From: an uncultured Acidobacteriota bacterium
GTDB lineage: Bacteria > Acidobacteriota > Thermoanaerobaculia > Gp7-AA8
Length of the DNA stretch: 64,000 nt
NCBI GenBank assembly: GCA_963741955.1
Contig: CAVUKB010000009.1
Coordinates: forward strand, 1-64,000
Direction of reading: 5' to 3'
The notes below the pieces were generated by a model. The model had not been told where the DNA came from, made no database searches, and saw only the letters and a list, made by a program, of their open reading frames with translations. A program made the position numbers and the translations under genes. This document shows, in pieces, positions 49,348-58,920 of the stretch; position 1 is the first letter of the stretch, and each line of letters begins with the position of its first letter.

Positions 49348-50862
49348 TCATCCGGATCGTGATTCGATGAGGAATCGAATCCGATCTCCGGGACGCAACA
49401 ACGCGAGCTTCCAGCGCTGGCTCGAAACGATCGTGAATGGCTGAAGGTATCCACCGGTGACCGGATGGTCCGGCCCCATCGCGACGAGGCTTCCGTCCGG
49501 ATGCAGCTGCACGGTCCCGAACTGCATCCCGCAGGAGGGAAGCCGCGCGGGAATGTTCTGTGGGCGGAGGTCCGACTCGAATCGGATGCCGGTCCGGTCG
49601 AGCGCTCCCGACACTTCCCATTCCCGACGGGCGATCGACTGCAGCGTTTCCGGTTCAGCGGAGTGAGGTCCCGCGAGCGCAGCGATCTCGAAGCGGTTCA
49701 CGTGCGCTGCGCTGCGGCCGAGAGAAGATTCGGTGGCGTTTCCGGCAGAGCATCCTGATGTGAAGAGCGGTCCCGTCCGCAGGCGCTCAGGGTGAAGTGA
49801 ATAGCGGCCGGCGGGGTTCTCGAGTCCCCCCTCGATCGCGAGCCATCCCCGCATCCCTTCGCGCAGCACTCCGCAGGCGAGAGTTCCCCCCACCGGGACG
49901 ACGAAGGAACGACGATCATCCACGGCTCGTCCATTCACGCGGAGGGTCACGTCTGCACCGTACCAGGAGCAGCGTCGTTCCTCGATGAACCGGAGGGTCG
50001 GACCGACGAGAGTGCATTCGAGCAGGGTCGCGTCGGGAGGATTCCCTGTCGCGAAGTTGGCGTCGGCGGCCGACACCGGGTCGAACGCTCCGCCGGGAGG
50101 AAGGCCGTGGTCGAGCCGCTCCAGATCCGGAGCGCCGGCCAGGAGCGTGAGTTGTCCCGCGTCGATCACTTCGCCGGCCTGCACACGTGGCCGCCGTGGG
50201 CGGATCCGTCCCGGCCGGACGTCCGCGATCTCATCCATCGTCGGAACGATCACGATCTCGTCGCCGGGGGAGACGAGATTCGGAGGATTGCGCTGGTCGT
50301 CCCAGAAGATCGCTCCGCTCCGCCCCAGGATGTTCCAGCCGCCGGGAGAGTGGACGGGATAGAAGCCGGCCATCTCTCCCGCGATCGCGAAGCTTCCTTT
50401 CGGAACCCGCGCGCGAGGTGTCGTGCGGCGTGGCAACTCCCATTCGGGAGGGAGCCCGTCGAGATACGCGAATCCGGCCATGAAACCGAGGAATCGGGCG
50501 CGGAATGTGAGCTCGGAGAGCCGGCCGAGAAACGCGTTGCGCTCGACCCGGAGGTGTGCGAGGAGGAGGGCGAGATCGGGACTGTAGCGTTCGAGGAAGC
50601 TCGTCTCGATCCGGTGGCGCGATGGCTCGAGATCGAGCGGCGTCGATTCAGCCCGATCGATCGCGGAACGGATCAGACTTTCCGCGTCGATGCCGGAGCT
50701 CCGCGTGATGGCGAGGATCGAGTGGTGTCCCGGAACCGCTGCGGCGATCCCATCGGTCGTTCGAATGGCTCGGGTGATCCGGTGGAGGTCGTCATAGCCG
50801 ACGGCGCCGAGCTCGACGAGAGCACCGCGATCTCCGGCAGGCGTGATCTTCACGACCTTCAT
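49348..50862 (-). CDS. 5-oxoprolinase/urea amidolyase family PxpB-PxpC (KipI-KipA) fusion
   Basis: FLGFMAGFAYL; PRRTTPRARVPKGS; YPVHSPGGW; DRTGIRF; GTVQ; DHPVTGGY. Confidence 0.85.
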   Translation of the reverse strand: MKVVKITPAGDRGALVELGAVGYDDLHRITRAIRTTDGIAAAVPGHHSILAITRSSGIDAESLIRSAIDRAESTPLDLEPSRHRIETSFLERYSPDLALLLAHLRVERNAFLGRLSELTFRARFLGFMAGFAYLDGLPPEWELPRRTTPRARVPKGSFAIAGEMAGFYPVHSPGGWNILGRSGAIFWDDQRNPPNLVSPGDEIVIVPTMDEIADVRPGRIRPRRPRVQAGEVIDAGQLTLLAGAPDLERLDHGLPPGGAFDPVSAADANFATGNPPDATLLECTLVGPTLRFIEERRCSWYGADVTLRVNGRAVDDRRSFVVPVGGTLACGVLREGMRGWLAIEGGLENPAGRYSLHPERLRTGPLFTSGCSAGNATESSLGRSAAHVNRFEIAALAGPHSAEPETLQSIARREWEVSGALDRTGIRFESDLRPQNIPARLPSCGMQFGTVQLHPDGSLVAMGPDHPVTGGYLQPFTIVSSQRWKLALLRPGDRIRFLIESRSG

Positions 50863-50973
50863 CTTCTGCGAGTGCGATTCGCCACGCAAGAGCCAGCTCG
50901 GACAGGCGAGCTCGTGCTACGGTTTCGGCGGGTCACGATACAATCGGCCGGACTTTTTCAGCGGAGGCAGACT

Positions 50974-52449
50974 ATGACCAACCGACCGCACCGCAGCGCC
51001 GAGGATCTCGACGAGCTCGCGCGACAGGCGATGCTCGATCACGGACTGGAGCCGGAGTTTCCTCCGGCCGTCGAACAGGAGCTCTCCGCGATTCGCGGAG
51101 CGGCGCGCACAGAAGGCGACGGAGTGCGTGATCTGAGGAAGCTGCTCTGGTTCTCGATCGACAACGACGATTCGATGGATCTCGACCAGATCAGCGTCGC
51201 GGAGGACCTGGGCGGCGGGAAGGTCCGTCTGATGGTGGGAATCGCGGACGTCGATGCCGTCGTGAAGCAAGGTTCGGCGATCGACGAGCACGCGCGGCGG
51301 AACACCACCTCCGTCTACACCGCGTTCGAGATGTTTCCGATGCTTCCTCGGAGACTCTCGGAGGACCTCACGTCGCTCGCGCCGGAAGAAGAGCGGCTCG
51401 CGGTGGTCACGGAGATGGTGATCGACGGGGACGGAACGATGGAGTCGTGGGAGATCTATCGCGCGCTGGTGAAGAATCGCGCGAAGCTCGCTTACGACGG
51501 AGTCGGCGCGTGGCTGGAGGGAGATGCGGAGGCGCCGCCGGAGGTCACCTCGAGCGTCGAGCTTCAGAAGCAGCTTCGATTGCATCACGACGTGACGCAG
51601 CGGCTGCGAGAGCGGCGCGCGGAAGAAGGAGCCCTCGACCTCGAGACGATCGAGCCGCGGGTGGTGAAGAGCGACCATCAGATCCGGGACCTCGAGGTGG
51701 TGAGGAAGAACGCGGCGCGAGACCTGATCGAGGATGTGATGATCGCGGCGAACCGCGCGTCCGCACGATTCCTCAAGTCGAAGAACTTTCCGAGCATCCG
51801 GCGCGTGCTGCGCGTCCCCGAACGGTGGGACCGAATCATGGCTCTCGCGGCGGAGCATGGCTTCAAGATGTCGCCCACTCCCGATGCGAACGCGCTGCAC
51901 GAGTTTCTCCGGATGCAGAAGAAAAAGAATCCGACCACCTTCCCCGACATCTCACTCGCGGTGGTGAAGATGCTCGGGAGCGGTGAGTACGATCTTCTGA
52001 TGCCGGGAGAGGAGCCGCTCGGACATTTCGGCCTGGCGATCCGGGATTACCTCCACTCCACGGCGCCGAACCGGCGCTACCCCGACATCATCACGCAGAG
52101 GCTGATGAAAGCGGCGCTCGCCGGGAAGGGTCTTCCGTACCAGGAGCAGGAACTGGAGGAGCTCGCGCGACACTGCACGGTCCAGGAAGACGAGGCGGAC
52201 AAGGTCGAGCGTCAGATGCGCAAGAGCGCCGCGGCGCTGATCCTCTCCGACCGCGTCGGACAGAAGTTCGACGGGATCGTCACCGGCGCATCGAAGAAAG
52301 GGACGTGGGTGCGGCTCTTCCATCCGCCGGTGGAAGGGAAGCTCATGCACGGTTTCCGCAACCTCGACGTCGGCGATCGCGTACGGGTGAAGCTGATCGG
52401 AGTCGACGTGGAGAAGGGGTTCATCGACTTCGTCCGCTCCGGACACTGA
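50974..52449 (+). CDS. RNB-domain exoribonuclease (RNase II/R family) with C-terminal S1 domain
   Basis: SIDNDDSMDLDQ; HFGLA..YLHSTAPNRRYPD. Confidence 0.9.
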   Translation: MTNRPHRSAEDLDELARQAMLDHGLEPEFPPAVEQELSAIRGAARTEGDGVRDLRKLLWFSIDNDDSMDLDQISVAEDLGGGKVRLMVGIADVDAVVKQGSAIDEHARRNTTSVYTAFEMFPMLPRRLSEDLTSLAPEEERLAVVTEMVIDGDGTMESWEIYRALVKNRAKLAYDGVGAWLEGDAEAPPEVTSSVELQKQLRLHHDVTQRLRERRAEEGALDLETIEPRVVKSDHQIRDLEVVRKNAARDLIEDVMIAANRASARFLKSKNFPSIRRVLRVPERWDRIMALAAEHGFKMSPTPDANALHEFLRMQKKKNPTTFPDISLAVVKMLGSGEYDLLMPGEEPLGHFGLAIRDYLHSTAPNRRYPDIITQRLMKAALAGKGLPYQEQELEELARHCTVQEDEADKVERQMRKSAAALILSDRVGQKFDGIVTGASKKGTWVRLFHPPVEGKLMHGFRNLDVGDRVRVKLIGVDVEKGFIDFVRSGH

Positions 52450-52466
52450 AAAGTGATAGGGATCTG

Positions 52467-52515
52467 GGATCGAGGATCGAGGATCGAGGATCGAGGATCG
52501 AGGATCGAGGATCGA
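52467..52515. repeat. Heptamer microsatellite (GGATCGA)x7
   Basis: Seven perfect copies directly after the RNB stop codon. Confidence 0.95.
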
Positions 52516-52585
52516 GGGAAAAATCTCAGATCTCCGACCACCATAGTCTCGTGACCAGAGGCCGTGCGAATCGGGTCGACAAGGA

Positions 52586-52909
52586 CGAATGCAGAATGCA
52601 ACAGTTGGAGTTGAGAAGGGACACCAGCCCTTCTTTCATTCTGAATTCTGCTGCGAAACTCCGGCACCCCTTCGGGGTGCGGCGAATGATCGCGCTCCTC
52701 TCTTTCCGGTGGCGGCCGCTTCGCGGCAGCCACCGGCTAATCTCCGTTGCCCCTCCGGGGCAGGAGGACGATTTTCGAATTCGCTCTCGCCATTCGTTTG
52801 GTCAAAGGTGGCCGCAGCCCGCCGGTGGCGCCTGAATTCTGCACTCTGCATTCGGCGGTCACTTCGCTCCTCAGAGTTTGTGCGCAGGCCCCTGACCCCT
52901 GATCCCTGA
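52586..52909. repeat. Composite intergenic palindromic element with heptamer tracts
   Basis: Hairpins GCACCCC-TTC-GGGGTGC, CCGGTGGC...GCCACCGG, TGCCCC-TCC-GGGGCA; bounded by GAATGCAGAATGCA / TGCACTCTGCATTC; CCCTGA(C/T) repeats. Confidence 0.6.
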
Positions 52910-53986
52910 TCAATAAGGATATCCCTCGCGCGCCGAGACGTTGAACTCGGGGTTCTTCAGCGAGACCTGGATCTTCTGGTATCCGTGCTCGTTCTCCGGC
53001 TTCTCGCTCCGGTACGTGATCATGTAGTAGCCGTTGTTCAGATTCTCGATCCGCTTCAATGGAGTGATGAAATTGACGATCTGGCGGAAGTACTCCCCGC
53101 CGGTGTCGTCGGCCAGGCGGGAGAGGGTCTGCTCGGTGGCGTGGAACTGCGAGTTGCGGAGCAGCTGAATCGGGTAGACCGTCACGTTGCTCTTGTTCAG
53201 TGCGTGAACCATCGGCTTGTACCAGATCTCCTCGTTCGCGGGAATGTCGCGGCTGAACGTCGAGACGTCGCCGATGCCGAGGGTGAAGAGCATCATCGCC
53301 TTGCGGGCCTGGATCGGCTGGAGGGCTTTCGAGAGGGTCTCGATCGCATCGTAGATCCGGCCGGCATGCATCATGTCGTTCACGTCGATATTGCGCATGA
53401 TCGAAAGATCCGCGGCGTTCTTCGGAACCCTGGTCAGACCATCGGCTCCGGTCACTGCTTCGTTCAGTGCCTGTTCGAGCTGCTTCTGATCGGAAGTGAA
53501 GTCGCTGTAGATCTTCAGTCGGACGTCGAATCCCGCGATCGCGACTTTGTCCTGTGGAAGAAGATCGTGCTGAACGAACCTGGCCGCGGCCTGTTTCGCG
53601 TTCATCAGATCCGACATGTAGTTCGGTAACTGCGAGGTATCCACCAGCTTGTCGAAGAAGATCACGAACCAGCGACCTTCCTTCACGTGCTCGACCTTGA
53701 AGGCGGCCTGACTCTCCGGCGACGTCAGGAGCCGTCGATCCGTGTAGTAATCGACGGATTGGATCTTCTGAGGAACGCCGTTCTCTTTCACGATGAAGTC
53801 GTCTTTTCCGAGACCGAGGATCTGTTGCCCGGTCCGGTCGGTCACGGTCGCATCGACCAGAACGAGGTTGACGTTCATCTTCTCGTGGTAGGAGGGAACG
53901 TTCTCCGCTGGCTTCTGCTGGGCGAAGAGCGGGACCGAAAGAAGGAGGAAGAGGAGGGGGGTGAGGATACGGGGAAGGTACTTCAT
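52910..53986 (-). CDS. Secreted VWA-domain protein (Acidobacterial VWFA-related type)
   Basis: Signal peptide; VNLVLVDATVTDRTG..GLGKDDF..ENG; RKAMMLFT; LADDTGG. Confidence 0.85.
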   Translation of the reverse strand: MKYLPRILTPLLFLLLSVPLFAQQKPAENVPSYHEKMNVNLVLVDATVTDRTGQQILGLGKDDFIVKENGVPQKIQSVDYYTDRRLLTSPESQAAFKVEHVKEGRWFVIFFDKLVDTSQLPNYMSDLMNAKQAAARFVQHDLLPQDKVAIAGFDVRLKIYSDFTSDQKQLEQALNEAVTGADGLTRVPKNAADLSIMRNIDVNDMMHAGRIYDAIETLSKALQPIQARKAMMLFTLGIGDVSTFSRDIPANEEIWYKPMVHALNKSNVTVYPIQLLRNSQFHATEQTLSRLADDTGGEYFRQIVNFITPLKRIENLNNGYYMITYRSEKPENEHGYQKIQVSLKNPEFNVSAREGYPY

Positions 53987-54143
53987 GTCTGTCGTCCTTT
54001 CATGTGAGTCACAACCGCGCCATGCCGGGAGATGTTCTCGGGTGCCTCGACGCGTTCTCCACACTTTCTTGGACGAATGGGACGATGAAAGGAAATGTCA
54101 CGGAGTCGTGAACGGAGCGGGGATGATTGCGGAGGGAAGAAAG

Positions 54144-54220
54144 TGGTCGGGGCAAGAGGACTTGAACCTCCGACCTCACGGTCCCGAACCGTGCGCTCTA
54201 CCAGGCTGAGCTATGCCCCG
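54144..54220 (-). tRNA. tRNA-Pro (anticodon CGG)
   Basis: Minus strand CGGGGCATAGCTCAGCCTGGTAGAGCGCACGGTTCGGGACCGTGAGGTCGGAGGTTCAAGTCCTCTTGCCCCGACCA, cloverleaf with CCA end. Confidence 0.97.
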
Positions 54221-54410
54221 ACGCTGCAGGTGAGATCGAAATGCGGAAGCAAATCGAACCGGGAGGCGGATTCTAGGCAATTTTCTGCCGCCGGTCAAAC
54301 CATTCGAACGGGATCCGCTGCAACGACCGCGATAACCTTCGGGCGGCGGGTGCCATTCCAACCCGATCGAGCTTCGAAACGCCGGTCGAGAACGCTACAA
54401 TCCGCAGGCC

Positions 54411-55298
54411 ATGCCGACGAAACGATCCCTCCTCGCTTTCCTCCTCGCAAGCCTGATCGCCGTGCCTCTCTTCGCCTGGGGCGAGAAAGGCCACTACATC
54501 GCCAACGAAGCTGCCACGTACGGTACCCCCGCGGACATGCCGTACTTCTTCCACCAGGCCTACCCGCAGCTGATCTACATGTCTTACGACCCTGATCGGT
54601 GGCGCGGTGCAGGCGAGGCCCTCGACGCGGTGAACCCGCCGAACCACTTTCTCGATTACGAATACGTCGAAGGTCTCGACCTGCCGCGTGACCGCTACGA
54701 CTTCATCGATCTGATGATCCGGACCGGACGCTTCAGGAAGTACTCGATCGGTATCTCGACCACGGGATTCCTTCCGTGGCGGATCGCGGAGGTCTCGGAT
54801 CTTCTCGAACAGCAGTGGCGATTCTGGCGAAGACTTCCCGCGGGGATGGAACGCTCGCAGGTCGAGCAGAACATCATTGCGATCTCCGGAGTCCTCGGGC
54901 ACTACGTCGCCGATGCTTCAAACCCGGATCACACCACGATCAACTACAACGGCTGGGTCGAGCCGAACCCGGAACATTTTCCGATCGATTGCGACGCTCA
55001 CTACCGCTTCGAGTCCGGATTCGTGGCGAACAGTGTCGAAGTGAGCGACGTTCTTCCGAAGCTTCACCCGCTGGTACCGCGAACCGACTATTTCAAGACC
55101 GCGCTCGAGTTGATCCACGAGTCGAACAGTCTGGTCTCCACTCTCTACCGGATCGACCGTGACGGCGGTTTCGCCTATCCGTACGGTACGAAAGAGGGGA
55201 AGGAGTTCGCGGTCTCGCGTCTCGCCTCCGGCGCGTCGGTGATGCGCGATCTCTGGTACTCGTGCTGGGTCAACTCGGGAAAATCGCGACGGCGCTGA
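54411..55298 (+). CDS. Secreted S1/P1 nuclease-like (Zn-dependent) protein
   Basis: Signal peptide then WGEKGH; NHFLDYE; GHYVAD..NP.H; AHYRFE. Confidence 0.8.
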   Translation: MPTKRSLLAFLLASLIAVPLFAWGEKGHYIANEAATYGTPADMPYFFHQAYPQLIYMSYDPDRWRGAGEALDAVNPPNHFLDYEYVEGLDLPRDRYDFIDLMIRTGRFRKYSIGISTTGFLPWRIAEVSDLLEQQWRFWRRLPAGMERSQVEQNIIAISGVLGHYVADASNPDHTTINYNGWVEPNPEHFPIDCDAHYRFESGFVANSVEVSDVLPKLHPLVPRTDYFKTALELIHESNSLVSTLYRIDRDGGFAYPYGTKEGKEFAVSRLASGASVMRDLWYSCWVNSGKSRRR

Positions 55299-55305
55299 TC
55301 GCCAC

Positions 55306-55839
55306 TCATCCCCACAGGACGTCCCTCACACCGGCGAGCCGGTTTGCATAGCGCGCCGCAACGAAGAGAAGATCCGAGAGCCGGTTCAGGTAGACCAGGG
55401 TCGAAGGTGAGACCGCAGCTTCTTCGCCGAGTGCCACGACCAGGCGCTCGGCGCGCCGGCAGACGGTCCGCGCGAGGTGGAGATATGCCGCGGTGAGCGA
55501 ACCTCCCGGCAGAATGAAGTTCTTGAGGGGCTCGAGCTCCGCTTCCATCCGATCGATCGACTCCTCCAGGGCCGCGATCCGTTCCTCGTCCGGTCCGGGA
55601 AACTTCTCACGGGAGGCAGTGGCGGCCAGGTGAGCGCCGACATCGAAAAGATCGCTTTGTATTTTCTGAAGCTCACCGTCCAGGGGCGCCCCGTCCCACG
55701 AAGCACGAGCCACGCCGATCATCGAGTTGAGCTCGTCGACGGTTCCGTACGCGTCGATTCGCGGATCGCTCTTCGAGACGCGTCCGCCCCCGATCAGTGA
55801 CGTCTCGCCTCGATCACCGCCCTTCGTATAGATCTTCAT
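55306..55839 (-). CDS. ATP:cob(I)alamin adenosyltransferase (PduO type)
   Basis: KIYTKGGDRGET; YGTVDELNS; FILPGG; ARTVCRRAER; YLNRLSD. Confidence 0.93.
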   Translation of the reverse strand: MKIYTKGGDRGETSLIGGGRVSKSDPRIDAYGTVDELNSMIGVARASWDGAPLDGELQKIQSDLFDVGAHLAATASREKFPGPDEERIAALEESIDRMEAELEPLKNFILPGGSLTAAYLHLARTVCRRAERLVVALGEEAAVSPSTLVYLNRLSDLLFVAARYANRLAGVRDVLWG

Positions 55840-55865
55840 CGTCGGTCCCTCGCTCGATCATTTCG

Positions 55866-55898
55866 CAAAACAAAAAGGCGGCAGTGTCTGCCGCCTTT
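55866..55898 (-). terminator. Rho-independent terminator after the response regulator gene
   Basis: Minus strand AAAGGCGGCAG-ACA-CTGCCGCCTTT followed by TTGTTTT. Confidence 0.8.
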
Positions 55899-55918
55899 CG
55901 ACTTCCATTCGATGGAGG

Positions 55919-57796
55919 CTACTCCCCTTCGAGCTCGCGGATCCGCTCTTTGACGATGATCTCGGCGAGATCCGGGATCACTTCCCAGGCGATGTTCCGG
56001 ACCACCTGGTCGCTGAGCTTCTCGACCACTCGTTTCGCGATCCGCTCGATCTGTTCGTCGGTCAGGTCACTGCCGGCCGGCTGGATCTCCGCGGGCGCAG
56101 CGGCCACCGGTGCAGGCGTTGCCACCGGCATCGGCGGGGGAGGCGTTGGATACTCCGGTTCCTGCCGGTATTCTTCCTGTGCTGCCGGAGGCTCTTCGAC
56201 CTCGGCGGCCTCGAACGGCGAGAGTGCCGGCTCGGAGGGGAGTTCTTCTTCCGGAGCGCGGGTCTGTTCCTCTTCGACATCGGGTGCCGCCGCGACTTCG
56301 GCTTCGAAGGGCGAAGGCTGCGGAGCTTCCATTGCCGGCGCTTCCGGCTCCTCCTCGGCGGGAGCTTCTTCGCCGAACGGAGTCTCGGTCGTCTTCAGAG
56401 GCGATCCCCATGCCTGTTCCTGTTCGGCCGGAGCTTCCCACGGCGACGCTTCTTCTTCTGCGGCCGGCGCCGGTTCCGATTCCCAGGGAGAGGCGCTGGC
56501 AGGTTCTTCGGCGCCCCAAGGCTGTGGGGACTCGTTTTCGGCTTCTGCTCCAGCCCAGGGTCCGGCGGGTTCCTTCTCTTCCTCCGGCTGTTCCCACTGG
56601 GGGATCGGCTGCTCCTCCGTCTCGTCGGCTGCCGGAGGCATCGAGCCCTGCATCCGCTGGATCTCGTCGAAGCTCATCATCGGGAATGCGCGTGTCTCGC
56701 CTGCAGGGACTTCTTCCGCAGGCTCGGGTTCGTGCATCACGCCAAATGCTTCGCCCGACATCTGCTGCGAGGCTGGCTGCTCCTCCACACTCTCCGGCGG
56801 TTCTTCGAACGGCGACGGTGCGGCGTGTTCGGCAGCGGGCTCGGTTGGGGACTGAGGCGGCTCTTCCTGTTCGAACGGTGAACCGGCCGAGATCTCGGCT
56901 TCGCGCTGCTCCTCTTCCTGCTGGATGCGCTGGAGCTCTTCCGGCGACATCATCTGAAACGCGCGGGTCTCGCCGCCGTACGCGGGGGGCGCTTCTTCGC
57001 CGAAACCTCCCCCTTCGCTTTCGAACTGCGGGGGCTCGGGAGGTTGAGCCTGCCCGGTCTCTTCCGGTTGTTCCTGCATCGACTGCAGGTCCGAAAGACT
57101 CATCTTCTGAAATGTGCGGGTCTCGCCCGAGTAGTCGAAGCCTTCATCGAGAGGCATCTCCTCGGATGGAGCGGCCGCGGATTCCTGGAAGATCTCGGAG
57201 CCATGTTCTTTGAACGGCTCATCGAAGGGAGGCACTGTGTCCTCCCCGGGCTCTTCCGCCGGCTCGGCCTGCTCGAACGAAGATGGCGCGGGAGGCGTTT
57301 CGCGCTCGAACCGAGGCGGCATCTCCGACGGACTCGCGGGTTCGGCGGGAAAGTCCCAGACATTCTGCTCGGGCTCGGCGGATGCAGTCGCGGCGGGTTC
57401 TTCCTCGCGCGACTCGCCTCTCGCTCCGGCCTGCTGGATGAGCTCTTCGACCTTGTGCACCAGGCTCTGAGACTCGAACGGTTTGGTGACTACGGCATCG
57501 CATCCTGCTTTCTCCGCCCGGTCCGGGTCGAAGGGCTCGAACGTGCCGGTCAGAAGGATGACCGGGATGTTGCGGTATTCGGGATGCGACTTCACGTATT
57601 CGCAGAGCTCGTACCCATTCTTCTCGGGCATGATGATGTCCGAGAGGATGATGTCGGGATGGATCTCCGACAGCTTCTGGATGGCTCGCGCACCGTTGCT
57701 CGTCGCGATCACCTCGTAGTCGCCGTCAGAGAACGTGAGCTCGACGACCTTCTGTATGGTGATGCTGTCATCAGCTAGAAGAATCTTCTTCGGCAT
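55919..57796 (-). CDS. RomR-like response regulator (REC + acidic Pro/Glu linker + conserved C-terminal helix)
   Basis: ILLADDSITIQKVV; SDIIMP; KPF; C-terminus IAWEVIPDLAEIIVKERI resembling the RomR C-terminal region as I recall it. Confidence 0.8.
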   Translation of the reverse strand: MPKKILLADDSITIQKVVELTFSDGDYEVIATSNGARAIQKLSEIHPDIILSDIIMPEKNGYELCEYVKSHPEYRNIPVILLTGTFEPFDPDRAEKAGCDAVVTKPFESQSLVHKVEELIQQAGARGESREEEPAATASAEPEQNVWDFPAEPASPSEMPPRFERETPPAPSSFEQAEPAEEPGEDTVPPFDEPFKEHGSEIFQESAAAPSEEMPLDEGFDYSGETRTFQKMSLSDLQSMQEQPEETGQAQPPEPPQFESEGGGFGEEAPPAYGGETRAFQMMSPEELQRIQQEEEQREAEISAGSPFEQEEPPQSPTEPAAEHAAPSPFEEPPESVEEQPASQQMSGEAFGVMHEPEPAEEVPAGETRAFPMMSFDEIQRMQGSMPPAADETEEQPIPQWEQPEEEKEPAGPWAGAEAENESPQPWGAEEPASASPWESEPAPAAEEEASPWEAPAEQEQAWGSPLKTTETPFGEEAPAEEEPEAPAMEAPQPSPFEAEVAAAPDVEEEQTRAPEEELPSEPALSPFEAAEVEEPPAAQEEYRQEPEYPTPPPPMPVATPAPVAAAPAEIQPAGSDLTDEQIERIAKRVVEKLSDQVVRNIAWEVIPDLAEIIVKERIRELEGE

Positions 57797-57892
57797 CTTA
57801 TTTTCTCTCTGGGATGTTTGTTGGCAACGTAGCATTGGCGGCTTTCCAAGTCAACGAGACAGGGGGCAGAAACTGCTATAGTTGAACGGTTT

Positions 57893-58588
57893 ATGAAGGT
57901 CCCTCCCCCAGCCGGAGAACTGAAATTTCTCGTTCTCGGCCACCGCGGGAGCCGCCGCCGGGAGACCGAGAACACCATCGCCTCACTCGCTCTTGCGCTC
58001 GAGGAGGGTGCAGAGGGATTCGAGACGGATCTCCGGCGTCTTTCGGACGGTTCGATCGTGCTGTTTCACGATGCCGAAGTGGACGGGATCCGAACCGAGC
58101 GCTGGACCACCGACGCGCTGCGCGAGCGGATCGGACCGCTCGCTCTCCTCTCCGATCTCGAGCGGTTTCGCGGGCGTGCACGCATGATTCTCGAGGTCAA
58201 GACGTCGGGATTCGAAAAGGAGCTGGTCGAGACGATCCGTGGATGGGAGAACGTGATCGTCTCGTCGTTCGACCACGCTCTGGTCGGCCGCCTCGCCCGC
58301 CGTACCCGCACGTTCGAGCTCGGAGTGATCAACGCGGGCGCTCTGGTCGACCCCGCGGATTACGTTGCCGGGCTCGGAGCGGAGTGGATGTTTCCGCAGT
58401 GGGAGCTCGTCGATCGCGACCTCGTCGTGAAGCTGCACCGGAGGAAACTCGGCGTGATCCCCTGGACCGCGAATGGTCCGGGCTCGTGGGCGGAGCTGCT
58501 CGAAGCCGGCTGTGACGGGGTGATTACCGACACTCCGGCCGAAGCAGTGGCATGGCGACGTGGACAATCGGGTGAACTGCTGTGCTAA
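57893..58588 (+). CDS. Glycerophosphodiester phosphodiesterase
   Basis: GHRG; ENTIAS; ETD; FHD; LEVK; DGVITDTP. Confidence 0.9.
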   Translation: MKVPPPAGELKFLVLGHRGSRRRETENTIASLALALEEGAEGFETDLRRLSDGSIVLFHDAEVDGIRTERWTTDALRERIGPLALLSDLERFRGRARMILEVKTSGFEKELVETIRGWENVIVSSFDHALVGRLARRTRTFELGVINAGALVDPADYVAGLGAEWMFPQWELVDRDLVVKLHRRKLGVIPWTANGPGSWAELLEAGCDGVITDTPAEAVAWRRGQSGELLC

Positions 58589-58642
58589 ACTTCCCGCGCA
58601 CAAAGAGATATCCAGAGCGTGGACCTGCGGGGGGAAGCGGAT

Positions 58643-58834
58643 ATGAAAAAGTGGGAGTACAAGATCATCAACGTGCGCTCTGAGAACTACTCCATGGATC
58701 CGAGACGGGCTGAAGAGCTCAATCGCCTCGGAGACGAGGGGTGGGAGCTGGTCTCGATCACCTCGATCAATTTCAAGACGGGTGCGACGGACCACATCGG
58801 CATGGTCTTCAAGCGGGAGAGAGCAGCGTCCTGA
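58643..58834 (+). CDS. DUF4177-like small protein
   Basis: WEYK...LNRLGDEGWELVS...FKR. Confidence 0.8.
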   Translation: MKKWEYKIINVRSENYSMDPRRAEELNRLGDEGWELVSITSINFKTGATDHIGMVFKRERAAS

Positions 58835-58920
58835 CCTCCCGCGATCCGGCGTCCATTCCCAATTCCGAATCGATTCTGATATGTTCCGGCTTCCTTTGAG
58901 CGCCCTCGAAGGGAGATCCA

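Noticed and set aside
54144-54220. tRNA-Pro as integration site of an island
   Set aside because: No integrase and no duplicated tRNA 3' end seen in the window.
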